From Eledone cirrhosa (taxonomy: Eukaryota): a stretch of 64,000 bases of DNA. Positions 15,678-28,909 of this stretch are shown here, piece by piece. Below the pieces are notes generated by a model. The model did not search any database. It was given only the letters and a program-made list of their open reading frames with translations, and was not told the origin of the DNA. The stretch spans positions 337,280,001 through 337,344,000 of the forward strand of contig OZ024743.1 of assembly GCA_964016885.1 (NCBI GenBank), written 5' to 3'. The translations under genes and the position numbers were made by a program. Numbering within the stretch: position 1 is the first letter of the stretch; every line of letters starts with the position of its first letter.

Positions 15678-15996
15678 CTCTATTAATGAGTGTATATATG
15701 TATATGTATATGCCTTTTTCTTTGTATGTCTGAGTTGTGTGAGGGTGTAGTGGTGTTTGTATGTATATACGCATATATGGATGCGTATGTATTTGTATAT
15801 ATGAGTATATGTAAGTGCGTATGTATGTATGAATATATATCTAATTCTATGTATGAGTATATATGTGTGTGTATGTATGTTGTGTGTGTATGTATGCATG
15901 TGTCTATGTGTGTATATATATGTATATATGTGTGTGTATGTATGTATGTATGTGTATGTATGTACATATATGTCTATGTATGTGTGTATGTATATG

Positions 15997-16045
<49 letters not shown>

Positions 16046-16055
16046 TTATTTTTTT

Positions 16056-16098
<43 letters not shown>

Positions 16099-16239
16099 CT
16101 TTATATATGTGTATGTGTATGTTCGTGTAGGTGTATGTGTGTGTATGACTATACATGTATGCATGTATGTGTGTATGTATGTATATGTATGTGTGTGTAC
16201 ATGTATGTATGTGTATGTATGTATATGTGTGTATATGTG

Positions 16240-16314
<75 letters not shown>

Positions 16315-16589
16315 ATCTCTATTTGTATATGTATATGTATATAGGTATATACCTTTTTCTTTGTATGTCTGAGTTGTGTGAGAGTGTAGTGGTGTTTGTA
16401 TGTATATACCGATATATGGATGCGTAAGTATTTGTGTGTATGTATGTATGTATATCTGTATGTATTTGTGTCTATATATAGGTATGTATGTGTATATCTG
16501 TATGTATATAATTATGTATGTGTATGTATATGTGGGTGTATGTGTGTATATATATGTGTGTCTATATAGTATGTGTGATTATATGTGTA

Positions 16590-16644
<55 letters not shown>

Positions 16645-16742
16645 GTATGTGTGTATATGTGTGTATGTGTGTATATGTATATGTTTATATATGTGTGTGT
16701 ATGTATGTTCTAAGTGTGGATGTGTGTATATGTATGTATGTG

Positions 16743-16819
<77 letters not shown>

Positions 16820-16820
16820 T
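14965..16820. repeat. Compound (TG)/(TA)/(TATG) microsatellite mosaic inside the PLE 3' UTR (mirror at ~6880-8780)
   Basis: The same mosaic is present inverted in both arms. Confidence 0.9.
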
Positions 16821-17432
16821 TGATATACTTCTTTTTTCTTTTTTCTTTTTCTTTTCTTTCCTTTTAATTTTTATTTTTTATTTTCTTAGTTTATAGATAC
16901 ATCTATAATAAGCAGTCTGCCCAAACCGTTGAATACTGACCTCTCCCCCCCTCCCACCTAATTTCTGTATCTTGATCTAAATGTGTGTGACAGTGTTTAT
17001 GTGAGTGAATTAATGTCCATGTGCTTATGATATTATATCCACATATATATATATGTGAGTGGGGGTGTGTGTGTGTTTGTATGTTCGTAATTATGTGTAT
17101 GTTTATGCATATACGCGCGCGTGTGTGTGATTGTACGGATATGTGTGAGTATGAGAATATGTGTATACACTTATTTCATATTTATGTGTCTATACGCATC
17201 TTATCTGTGCATTATAAACTTACAGAGACATTAACCTTGAAATTTTGTATTTGCATCCATCCTTTTGGTATGCGTATACATGTTGAGCATACATTTTTGT
17301 AAAATATGTGTAAGGGTAGTTACATGTATATACACACACCGAACTGCATAAAACCTTTTGTATTTTCATTGGTCAATTTTGTTCCCAAACGGACCTGAAA
17401 TTTTGAATTGTTGTTATTATCAATAAATATAT

Positions 17433-17586
17433 TTCATTATTTCTGAAGACGGCGTATATATGTGTTGGTATGTATATTTAATCTTGATAGTTTGTATAAT
17501 TTTGTATAATTTTGTACATAGATCTGTTGAATATGCATGCCAATTCTAACACATATATATCCTAGAAACGATCGTTAAATAATGAA
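17433..17586 (+). ncRNA. Type I hammerhead ribozyme with ~115 nt stem II domain
   Basis: TTCATTATTT/AAATAATGAA 10-bp stem I, CTGAAGA, tatatatgtgtt/aacacatatata helix, GAAA-CGATCG-TT. Confidence 0.75.
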
Positions 17587-17640
17587 CTTTTTTTGTTTAA
17601 TATAAGGAACTGTTTCATTGTTTTATTCATTATTTGTTTA

Positions 17641-17712
<72 letters not shown>

Positions 17713-17713
17713 A

Positions 17714-17786
<73 letters not shown>

Positions 17787-17818
17787 TATATACATATATT
17801 TATATATATATATACACA

Positions 17819-18007
17819 TAGGAACGAGTAGGACCCCGACGGCTGAGCTCAAGCCGTTTCGACGGCTAATTCAGAATTAGCCATCGAAACGGCTTGAGCT
17901 CAGCCGTCTGGGTCCTACTCGTTCCTATTACCCACTCTAATACCCTAAGTATTGAGTACTTTGGTGCGTATTGGTTCACCTGGCTCCTTACCACATTTCC
18001 TTCGTTA
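17819..18007 (+). mobile_element. Short non-autonomous family B copy, fold-back form
   Basis: 17819-17870 is inverted against 17875-17927, followed by an ~80 nt tail. Carries the 3' half of an HHR. Confidence 0.8.
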
Positions 18008-18050
18008 TATATATACATATATATATATATACATATGAAGAAAGTTATCC

Positions 18051-18116
18051 TTCATCAGTGATCTTCCAACCATCATTGGTATTTCATCGCTTTAAAGACG
18101 ATATACCTCCGGTTGG
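18051..18116 (-). ncRNA. Non-circularly permuted hammerhead motif (one stem I mismatch)
   Basis: Reverse complement: CCAACC-gga-GGTA-TA-TCGTCTT..T-GAAA-TACC..GGTTGG-AAGATCA-CTGATGA-A. Confidence 0.6.
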
Positions 18117-18684
18117 TGCGAGCAACGGCTAAAAAAAGTCGTTGGGACACGTAAATAAAGGGGACACGAGAGTGTAAACAAAGAAAGATGGTGAAGCAAC
18201 GAAAAGTGAGGAAGAAGGAGTCAAGTCCCAAATTTCCATGAATATAAGTTCGGTGAAATCGTGAACGAGAGAGAATAAAGACCATCAAACCCGGTTGGAA
18301 TGTGAGCAAGGAAGGAATTCCGTACAGGTCTAACGGGAGGAAGAAGGGTTCTAGTCTGTGAATTCGGTGAACATAAGTTCTGTGAAATCGTAGACGAGAG
18401 AGAGAAAAAAAGCGACCTGGCTGACCAAGGGTGCGAAAGAAAAGAATTACGCACAGGTCAAACGGGAAGAAGGAGGAGGAGGAGAGGTAGTAACAGAGAG
18501 TGAGTGAGTGAAGGGTGAGGAAGAGGCTAACAGAGAGAGTGACTGTTAGAGAGGGTAAAGATACAGAGAAAGAGGAAGCAGTAAGAACGAAATAGACGGG
18601 TCACAGCGGGGGAAAATATGTGTAAATATGAGAATAAACGTGCTGCGTGGTTGCTAATGGGTTACATATGAATACAGTTAGTCC

Positions 18685-18750
18685 TTCATCAGTGATCTTC
18701 CAACCATCATTGGTATTTCATCGCTTTAAAGACCATATACCTCCGGTTGG
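18685..18750 (-). ncRNA. Non-circularly permuted hammerhead motif
   Basis: Reverse complement: CCAACC-gga-GGTA-TA-TGGTCTT..T-GAAA-TACC..GGTTGG-AAGATCA-CTGATGA-A. Confidence 0.7.
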
Positions 18751-18990
18751 TGCGAGCAACGGCTAAAAAAAGTCGTTGGAACACGTAAATAAAGGGGACA
18801 CGAGAGTGTAAACAAACAAAGATGGTGAAGCAACGAAAAGTGAGGAAGAAGGAGTCAAGTCCCAAATTTCAATGAATATAAGTTCGGTGAAATCGTGAAC
18901 GAGAGAGAATAAAGACCATCAAACATATATAAATATATAGACATATATATACATATATATATACATATATATACACATATATATATACAT

Positions 18991-19046
<56 letters not shown>

Positions 19047-19047
19047 C

Positions 19048-19259
<212 letters not shown>

Positions 19260-19280
19260 ATTTATATAGGAACCAGTAAG

Positions 19281-19374
19281 ACCCCGACAGCTGAGCTCAA
19301 GCCGTTTCGACGGCTAATTCTGGACTAAATGAAAATTTATCCTGGTATTTAAATAGCCGATCTTCTCAAGGGGT
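19281..19374 (-). ncRNA. Type I hammerhead, U3-A8 variant (mirror copy)
   Basis: Reverse complement of 19598-19691. Confidence 0.75.
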
Positions 19375-19597
19375 AATTCCATATATGGTCAAAGTGATTG
19401 TCAAAAATCAGTAGTAATTCTGTGGTTGCAAATTAGTAGGGGAGATGGTGGCTAAACCTGCCAGTAGGTGAAAGAGGGGAGGGCGTGGAGTAGACCCAAT
19501 CAAGCGTTGGTAGTGCCAGCTACAGCTGGGCATGAGGTCAAAGAAGATACAGAATTACTACTGATTTTTGACAATCACTTTGACCATATATGGAATT

Positions 19598-19691
19598 ACC
19601 CCTTGAGAAGATCGGCTATTTAAATACCAGGATAAATTTTCATTTAGTCCAGAATTAGCCGTCGAAACGGCTTGAGCTCAGCTGTCGGGGT
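19598..19691 (+). ncRNA. Type I hammerhead, U3-A8 variant
   Basis: ACCCC-TTGAGAA-GAtCGGCTA..TAGCCGTC-GAAA-CGGCT..AGCTG-TC-GGGGT. Confidence 0.75.
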
Positions 19692-19817
19692 CTTACTGGT
19701 TCCTATTACCCACTCTACTACCTCAAGTATTGAGTACTTTGGTGCGTTATGGTCCACCTGGTTCCTTACCACATTTCCTTCGTTATATATTTATATATAT
19801 ATATATACATATATATT

Positions 19818-19858
<41 letters not shown>

Positions 19859-19897
19859 TTAGATATATATATATATTTAGATATATATATATATATT

Positions 19898-19932
<35 letters not shown>

Positions 19933-19979
19933 ACATATATATTTATATATATATATATTTATATATATACATATATATT

Positions 19980-20011
<32 letters not shown>

Positions 20012-20079
20012 CATATATATTTATATATATATATTCATATATATTTATTTATATATATATATATACATATATATATATA

Positions 20080-20605
20080 CTAGCAGTAAAGCCCGGCGTT
20101 GCTCGGGGTCGCTCAGTAGCTGTGTTAAAGTTACAATGTTAAGTTTCTTTTTTGGCTTAAAAACTGTAGTGTCTACTGTGCAGACTTGCATGTGGTGTTT
20201 TTGATTAATATTCCCTCAACCAACAATATGCCTTATGAAGTTAAGAAAACATAACGATAACCCGAATGTTATAACAAAAGAGGATGCTGGGGATAAAAAC
20301 TGCACTGGTTATTTATTAACAAAGATCGAAAATGTAAACACTGCAACGCAGAGAAAAACAACGTAAGACGCTCAATGTAAACAGAACAAAGGGAAATAAC
20401 TCGTCACTTACGCTCAAAAATCGATACATTAGATTCGATTTCGTCACATAGGGTGGGTCAATTTGAAATATTTTTTTCCGATGTCTTCGCTAGGGCTCAA
20501 TGTACAAGTATAGCAATTTCGGTGCAATTCCGTCAGAGATTCTAAGAGGAGATGTGTGCCAAAAATCGATAGACAGACAGACAACCACAGCTTTATATAT
20601 ATAGA
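20080..20605 (-). mobile_element. Non-autonomous Helitron (internally deleted copy of 24886-25887)
   Basis: 5' TCTATATATATAAAG, 3' GC hairpin + CTAG, inserted at A|T. Confidence 0.85.
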
Positions 20606-20767
20606 TTAGAATTGGAGCTCTGAAATAGCAATATATATATGAATGTATATATAATGTATTTTGCAATATACTTTATGCTTAATTAAAAGCATTTTGAAGA
20701 CCGTATGCTATTGTTTTAGAGTAGTGACAAACTCACTTACTTTAATCTCAGCAAACAAGGGGAGATA

Positions 20768-20812
20768 AGCCGACAAGGCCTTGTTTCGCATTTATTGATG
20801 CTTATCAAGGCT
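20768..20812 (-). ncRNA. Minimal type I hammerhead, U3-A8 variant, palindromic stem III
   Basis: Reverse complement: AGCC-TTGATAA-GCAT caataa ATGC-GAAA-CAAGGCCTTG-TC-GGCT. Lies in repeat 20640-20870, which is homologous to 45016-45245. Confidence 0.8.
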
Positions 20813-20938
20813 AACAACTCCCTCCTGTCTACTGAGATCACTGATGTTATATTCTTATAGAATTCTAGTAAATAATCAGGAACTGATTATATATCTAAAG
20901 CAAAATACATTATATATACATTCATATATATATATATA

Positions 20939-21115
<177 letters not shown>

Positions 21116-21139
21116 TCATATATATATATATAAATACAT

Positions 21140-22740
21140 GGAAAGTTATATTTAAATTGTTGGGTTAACAACGAGTAAATATTTATAACTGTAAATATTT
21201 ATAACATGTAAATATTTATAACATGTGACCTCTGTGCGGAGGAGATATTCTTTATACTAAAATCTAAAAATTCCCTTAATCTACGGACAAATTTATTCAG
21301 TTGCTGCAGACATAGATTGAACTCAACGTTTAAATATAAATTTAAATTTAAAATGTAGTTATGTTTGATTTGATTTGTAATTATTTATGAAACTAGCCGA
21401 TAAATCTTTCGATTTCTTCTTTTTATTAAAACATTCTTTTTATTAAAACATTCTTCATGAATAATTAAACTACCCTAAAAGCTGATGCTCCAAATATATC
21501 GAATTAAATTTTAAACTAGATAAACTTCTATATTAAATATAAGAACATATGTAGACCAAATGGGTATCCTAAACTTTTGGAATGATTTCTGCTAGACAGG
21601 ATTTGGTAAACAATTTTTGTTTTATCTGTTTCGACTCTGATGCTTATGATGATCTTGGCAATATATTGTCAATTAACTTTGAAAGGCTGATCTCTGTGTT
21701 TTTATTTGTATTATTTTTTAATATTTTTTAATATTTTGTAATATTTTTTATTTTTAATATTAAATGTTTTAGTTTTCTGTTTATTTATTTATTTTCTTGT
21801 CTCTGATATTTTTATTTTTATTTTTATTAATATATTGAAATCTGTTCTCTATTTCTGCTTGATCGACAATCTTGTAGAATAAAGACAAGAATAGTATTGT
21901 TAAAATTAATATAGACTCTATATATATGTGTATATATACACACATATATGTATACTTGAATTTTTATAGCACAATGAGAATGTTTTCGTGTGAATTGGGA
22001 GTTTGTTTATAATTATGATATAAACATATGAATTTTTAAAAACTAGACATAAGATCATTACTTTTCACACATTATAGATACATGTCTCATTCATGAATAC
22101 TGGTATTTACATTATAATGCCTGTTTTATACGAACTAATATTTTCTATGGGATAAAACATAGCGTTTTTAAATTCTGCATCGTTTATGTCTGGTTATGTT
22201 TCATTTTCTCTTTTTCATTTTCTCTTTTCTCTTTTTTTCTCTCTATATAACGGCTATTTTCTCTCTTAACTACATACATCTCTCTTTACATTAATACTAG
22301 AGCTAATAAATAAATAAATAAATAAATAAATGTATCAACCGATACTCAACCTCCTAGTTTCTCTATCTATCTCTATCTATCTCTTTCTTTTTTTCCTCTC
22401 TCTATATATATTTCTCTCTGTTTCTTTACATGAAGTTCTTCTCTTTATCTATCTTTCTATATCTCTCTATTTAGTCACATGCATTTCTTCTTTTTCTTCG
22501 TTTCTCTTTCTTTCTCTCTTTATCTCTTTCTTTTTACAACTGTCCACAATATTTTTCACTGCCAAATCAACCTCCCAAATGCAAGGTGATTGAAAGGTAT
22601 GTCGTATCTATTTATTTATAAGACTGTTTATATTGTATTTTGTCTGAAGAAGGCATAACATATTGTTAATATGATATCCCTGAAATATATATAACGAAAT
22701 AAATATGGTTTTATAAATATAGTTTCCATTTATTTAATAT
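21140..22740 (+). mobile_element. 3' fragment of Hydra-like PLE
   Basis: 21221-21358 translates TCDLCAEEIFFILKSKNSLNLRTNLFSCCRHRL..* (endonuclease C-terminus); then a ~1.3 kb UTR, an HHR and (TA)n. Confidence 0.75.
22636..22701 (+). ncRNA. Type I hammerhead ribozyme
   Basis: TATTTTGT-CTGAAGA-AGG..CCT-GAAA-TATATA-TA-ACGAAATA, with overlapping AATAAA. Confidence 0.75.
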
Positions 22741-22797
22741 CATATATATAAATATATATTTATATATATATATATTTATATATATATATTTATATAC

Positions 22798-22873
<76 letters not shown>

Positions 22874-22949
22874 TCATATATATATATATATTCATATCTA
22901 TATATATATATTCATATATACATATATATATATATATTCATATATATAT

Positions 22950-22980
22950 ATGTGTATATGTATGTTTGTATATATGTTTG

Positions 22981-23019
<39 letters not shown>

Positions 23020-23084
23020 ATATGTATGTATGTGTGTGTATATTTATATATATATATATATATTTACTTATATATATATATATG

Positions 23085-23135
<51 letters not shown>

Positions 23136-23202
23136 ATATGTGTGTATGTATTTGTGTATATATGTATGTATGTGTATGTGTGTGTGTATATGTCTATGTA
23201 TA

Positions 23203-23296
<94 letters not shown>

Positions 23297-23356
23297 TGTG
23301 TGTATGCATATATATGTGAATATATGTATGAGTGGTGTATCTCTCTCTCTATATAT

Positions 23357-23390
<34 letters not shown>

Positions 23391-23429
23391 ATATGTATGG
23401 TGCTTTTTCCTTATATATGTGTATATATA

Positions 23430-23460
<31 letters not shown>

Positions 23461-23499
23461 GTATGTATGTGTGTGTGTATGTATATGTATATATTTGTT

Positions 23500-23557
<58 letters not shown>

Positions 23558-23876
23558 CTTGTGCGTATATATGTGTGTGTATATGTATATATGTGTGTGT
23601 ATGTGTATTTTATATATATATATATATGTATGTATATGTATATATATATATATGTATATATATGTATATGTATAGATATGTGTATATATATATATATCTG
23701 TATATATATATGTATATATCTATGTGTATTTATGTGTATATGTATACACATGTATATTTGTGTTTGTATGTATGTGTGTGAGTGTATTTATATGTGTATA
23801 TGTGTGTGTGTGTGTGTGTATATATATGTATGTGTGTGTGTATGTATATATATATGTGTGTATATATATATGTATA

Positions 23877-23951
<75 letters not shown>

Positions 23952-24589
23952 ATATGTATGTATATGAATATATTTATGTATATGTGTGTGTGTTTTTTAA
24001 GTGTGTATATGTGTATGTGTATGTGTGTTTATGGTTGCGCGTGAGTGTGTGAGTGAGTGTGTTTTTTTGTGAATGTGTCTGTTGATTTTTGGCATATAGT
24101 TGATTAGTTTAAGAGAAGTTCGAAGATAATTGTAAGATATGCACTCAGTATTTTGAATCTGTCTACAGATTTCTCTAAACCTTTGTCACTTAGTAGAACC
24201 TTAATGATTTTAGCTTTTAAAGAATCTCCCTTTTCTTTAATTCTATCTACCATGACTGACCCCCCACTGATCTTATAGACATCTGTTAGCTTAAGAGAAA
24301 CTTAATGACAAGGAATGGTATGCCATCCAGAACCTGTTTATAGAATTCTGTCTGCCTTTGTTACTCTAAAAACATAAATAAATAAAAATAAACTATAGCT
24401 TTGTAGAATTAGCTTTTAATGAATTCCCTTTTCTATCAACCAAGGACCTACACCCATCCCACTCCCCACCCTCTCCTACCACTTGTAGAGACCTATAAAT
24501 ACCATTTTTATTTTTTGATACCCAGATTCCTGATGATTTCTAAAGAATGAAACAGTTCTAGTCCTGTAGAATCTCATCTATATTAAAAC

Positions 24590-24590
<1 letters not shown>
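22950..24590 (+). mobile_element. Probable PLE 3' UTR fragment: TG/TA mosaic followed by HHR-bearing end
   Basis: Same architecture as 14965-17649; ends in ATTAAA and (TA)n. Confidence 0.55.
24524..24574 (+). ncRNA. Type I hammerhead ribozyme
   Basis: AGATTC-CTGATGA-tTTC taaa GAAt-GAAA-CAG ttctagtc CTG-TA-GAATCT. Confidence 0.85.
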
Positions 24591-24621
<31 letters not shown>

Positions 24622-24885
24622 CTCTTTTACCTGTTTCAGCCATCCGGCTGAGGCCATGCTGGGGCATATATGAATATATATATATATATTCATATATATA
24701 TATATATATTCATATATATATATATATTCATATATATATATATATTCATATATATATATATATTCATATATATATATATATTCATATATAGATTTTGAGT
24801 ATATATTGGTTGTATACCAACACCTCAGTATGCAGGCTGGAGCACTCGACGAAGTGCGCAGGTTGGTTTGGTTACTCCGGAGTAA

Positions 24886-25887
24886 TCTATATATATAAAG
24901 CTGTGGTTGTCTGTCTGCCTATCGATTTTTGGCACACATCTCCTCTTAGAATCTCTGACGGAATTGCACCGAAATTGCTATACTTGTACATTGAGCCCTA
25001 GCGAAGACATCGGAAAAAAAATATTTCAAATTGACCCACCCTATGTGACGAAATCGAATCTAATGTATCGATTTTTGAGCGTAAGTGACGAGTTATTTCC
25101 CTTTGTTCTGTTTACATTGAGCGTCTTACGTAAAAAATTACGCTGGCTTTCTCAGCGTTTAAAATGACATTAACACAATACACGAAATGTTGTCGAGCCA
25201 GCAAAATATTGACCTGCAAAATTCATCAGTTCGAACACTAAGCTTCCGTTTTGCTTCATTTCCATTTAAAAGCCTTTTAAAACAATATTTTTACTTGAAA
25301 ACAAGTCTATTTAAAGACTACGTAAAACAAGCAAATATTTCGTAAAAAAAAGCAAAAATTATATAAGTTTATTTAAAATATATGTATCTGTAAATTTCGT
25401 TAGGCGTGCAGACAGACAGTGGTGCAGACAGACAGTCGTGCAGAGAGGTGATATACGCGTGCAGACAGACAGTCGTGCAGAGAGGTGATATACGCGTGCA
25501 GACAGACAGTCGTGCAGAGAGGTGATATAGGCGTGCAGACAGACAGTCGTGCAGAGAGGTGATATAGGCGTGCAGACAGATATAACTGATAATTTGGTTA
25601 CGCTAATGTTTTTCTCTGCGTTGCAGTGTTTACATTTTCGATCTTTGTTAATAAATAACCAGTGCAGTTTTTATCCCCAGCATCCTCTTTTGTTATAACA
25701 TTCGGGTTATCGTTATGTTTTCTTAACTTCATAAGGCATATTGTAGGTTGAGGGAATATTAATCAAAAACACCACATGCAAGTCTGCACAGTAGACACTA
25801 CAGCTTTTAAGCCAAAAAAGAAACTTAACATTGTAACTTTAACACAGCTACTGAGCGACCCCGAGCAACGCCGGGCTTTACTGCTAG
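24886..25887 (+). mobile_element. Non-autonomous Helitron
   Basis: A|TCTATATATATAAAG ... cccgagcaacgccggg hairpin ... CTAG|T; internal 37-bp tandem repeats at 25403-25580. Confidence 0.88.
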
Positions 25888-25942
25888 TGTAAAATAAAGT
25901 TAAATAAAAAGTCAAATGTTTAAAATTTAGCTTCGTTTATTG

Positions 25943-25995
25943 CTGCTATATATATTTCAGTGACAGCCATCTTTGGCTGTAACCTCTTCAGGCAG
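25943..25995 (-). ncRNA. Type I hammerhead ribozyme
   Basis: Reverse complement: CTGC-CTGAAGA-GGTtACAGCCA aaga TGGCTGTcACT-GAAA-TATATA-TA-GCAG, then AATAAA. Confidence 0.85.
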
Positions 25996-27179
25996 TCCGA
26001 ATTAGTGTGGTATAGACAAGTACATATGTTGTTGAGGTGTATAATATTGTCAATACTCTGATATGCCCAGTTCCTGGTTGGGTTGTTATTTCACTGAGGA
26101 ACTGGAATCATATGAATTCAAACAAACGAATTTCAGTGTCAAAGGGCCTCTTCTCCTCTCATTGGTCGGTTGTTAGAACAATCTTCATTCTAAGTGTTGT
26201 TATTGTTGGAGTTAGTTTAAAAAATTGATAAAGTGGTAGAAGGGACAAGGTGTTAAAGGAACAAAATAACAAAAAAAGTGTTAAACTTCCCATTGGTCAG
26301 TTCTGAGAGCATTCCTCAGTCAGAAGTCTATAGAATTCTTTCTGGGGTGAGGTTCCCTGTAGTGTTTTTGTTTGCTATTGTTAAGTACATTTGACCTCTA
26401 TCATTATTTTGGTAGTGTTGTTGGTGTTGTGGTCAGCTTATGTCTTGCTTCAGTTGACAATTTAGAAGTATCTGTGTGTGTTTTTTCTTCATCCCTCCTG
26501 CCACCATCTCTCATAGTGGTGGTGGTGGTGGTGGTGGTGGTGGTGAGGGGGGTGGGGAGGTTCTTCCATGTATATGAAGAAATATAAGGCAATAAATGAA
26601 GAAAACAGAAAATAAATAATATAATTCGTATAATTTGAAAATAGATAATAAATAGAGAATAAAGAATAAAGAATAAATTAAAAATTGGTGAAAAAGTAAT
26701 GAAAATGAATATGGAGAAGTGAAAAATAAAATGAAGATTCAAATAAAGTAGGATAAAGTGTGTGTGTGCTATAACCAATCTCAAGGTCAGAAATATGTTG
26801 GATAGATTGGTATGAGGAACAAGATGTTAAAATAAGATAATCAAACAAAATGTGTTTGTGTAATAATCAATCTCAACTTAAAAATAAATATAAGGTGATA
26901 CAGTGAAGAGGGAAGAAAACAAATAACAAATTTATAAAGAGAAATCAAGATTTAAAATTGGGACTTGAAAGTCAGAAATCAAGTAAATTAAAATGTGTTT
27001 GTGTTATATAGATGTTGGCCAAATTATAATGGCTGTGTCCGATTCAATCTCTAGGCTATCATGGTGTCTGCTCAGCCTGGGTTGTTCCCTATGACTTGAG
27101 GGGAGTTCACAACATAGGGTGTTGTTACTGCCCATATAGCTTGAGGGAGGTCTGGCTGAGAGGTGTTTACATGTTCAGT

Positions 27180-28369
27180 AGAAGTCCCTATAGCTTGAGA
27201 GGAGTTCATATCTTCTTGTGTTGCTACCGTCCATATATCTTAAGGAAGATATATGGACGGCTCTAAGGTGTCTGCATGTCCCGAAGAAGTCGGTTCTGAG
27301 GTTTATCAGGCCGCTTCCACCTCTTAGTATCTCGAGGGTCTCGTTCAGGCATAGTTTGCATATGCAAGATCCCCCTTTATCGGGTGGTACTTTCCTGATT
27401 ATGTACCAGACCAGAGAGTACGGGGTCCTGTCCAGCTTAAGCTTCCAGATCAGGTCGGAGAGAGCCGTGCTTTTCCTTTTGGCCTCCTTATTGAATGAAT
27501 AGCGATGGTTGTACCAGCGGTTTTAAAGCTCGTCGATGTGGCTCCTATGTAGAGATGTTCGGAGTTGGGGGTTTTAACCCTACAACCGTATACTAGGTTC
27601 TTCTAGAGGCATTCATTACCAAGGGGGCATGATTCAGGGTTTCTGCAGTTGCTGAGGGTGGTCGACCTCTGCGTTCCTAGATTAGGGTTCCCGTTATGTG
27701 TTACATGGTGGTCTTCCACCAGGCACGGTGGGGGGTCCCCGGGCCTGTTTGGGTTTCTTGGGTGGGCTCTGGGTCCCCCCTTCCCCCCTTTCACATGGTT
27801 CTGCTGAGTGTTTGTATTGCCATCTTCTGGTTGTGTGTGGTTTTTAAGCCTACTCCTGTTGATGCTAGCTATGTGTTGGGCCAGATTTCTCGTGGTGGAA
27901 TACGAGAGCTTCACAGTGTGTCTGTTGAAGATCCTGTGGTATCTGTGGTCCCTCGGGAAGCATTTATCAAGTGATCCAAAGAATGATCGGGCCAAGCTGT
28001 TTTTAGGGCCGCTGAGTAGGGTTGGTTGTACCACGTGATTTTTCGGTGTCTCCTCCTGTATGTGTGGGTCAGGAGCGTCGTGATTTGTTGGAGATTTGTT
28101 GGGTTGCTCGTGGTTTCCGCACTGTTGCTTCCCCTTTGGGCGCTATGCTTTTTGTTATCTTCACGGCCGGAATCTGTGGGATGGTCGTTGCCCGCGTTGG
28201 CAAATCTATCGTGGGGTGGTCCCCCGTTTCCCCACCCCCTACGTGTCCTGCGGTTGGGGTCGTCGGTCTTGGGGTGGTTAGCGTCACCCCTGAGACTGTT
28301 ACTCATATTGTGTTTTGTCTCGTGGTTAAGCGTACTAGTCACCACCGCCCGTGTGTTGGTGTCGGGCAC
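27180..28369 (-). pseudogene. PLE linker + GIY-YIG endonuclease with stops and frameshifts
   Basis: RKITWYNQPY, LDKCFPRDHRYHRIFNRHTVKLSYSTT, CRNPESCPLGNECL*, NLVYGC..LYIGAT, ICKLCLNE, NLRTDFFGTCRH. Confidence 0.85.
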
Positions 28370-28441
28370 CTGGTGCCCATTGGTTCTGCTCTGCCTGTAT
28401 ATGTATATATATATGTATTGGTTCTGCTCTGCCTATATATG

Positions 28442-28500
<59 letters not shown>

Positions 28501-28664
28501 TGTTATACTTTGGGAGGGTCATGTTGCCAATAAGAAACACACGCACCAGTTGCTTTCACTTCAATTTATTATATATTTATAAATTTATAAATTTACAAAT
28601 CTACAAATTTATAAATTTCTGGTTGGTTGGTTGGTTCCACAACCAGATAGTTGTTTATATATAT

Positions 28665-28709
28665 AGTCATAGTCCTTTCGTCACACACTCTGTGACCTCT
28701 TCAGTGACT
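28665..28709 (-). ncRNA. Minimal type I hammerhead (mirror copy)
   Basis: Reverse complement of 29998-30042. Confidence 0.75.
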
Positions 28710-28909
28710 GGGGATTCCTTTCTTTGTTTCTGTGCCTTTCCTTTCTTCTGTCCTACGCCATTTTGTTTCTGTGTGTTGTGTGCTCAGATTGTGCATGCGC
28801 CACATCCGGGTGTCTGTGTGTGTTTGTGTTCATTTATCTATTTGTTTATTTATTTACATGTTATTGGTTGGTTGCTTGTTCTATGTGTGTGTGTGTTTTC
28901 ATTTTGTCC

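Larger units (their letters stand above)
18032..18924 (-). mobile_element. Retrozyme-like element (634 bp unit, ~1.4 copies) with permuted HHR
   Basis: Direct repeat 18032-18290 / 18665-18924; homologous to 45881-46705; (TA)n flanks; no credible ORF. Confidence 0.8.
19266..19786 (+). mobile_element. Family B, longest copy, palindromic
   Basis: 19266-19421 is inverted against 19551-19705, with a 130 bp spacer and a 3' tail; (TA)n flanks. Confidence 0.85.
24791..28385 (-). mobile_element. Degenerate Hydra-like PLE (family C), tail interrupted by a Helitron
   Basis: Broken ORF at ~27180-28369, UTR, HHR at 25943-25995, AATAAA, and a tail to (TA)n at 24791. Confidence 0.8.

Noticed and set aside
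25403-25580. 37 bp repeats of CRISPR-like size (also the 93 bp repeats at 47376-47742)
   Set aside because: Tandem with no unique spacers, inside Helitrons, and no cas genes; eukaryotic context.
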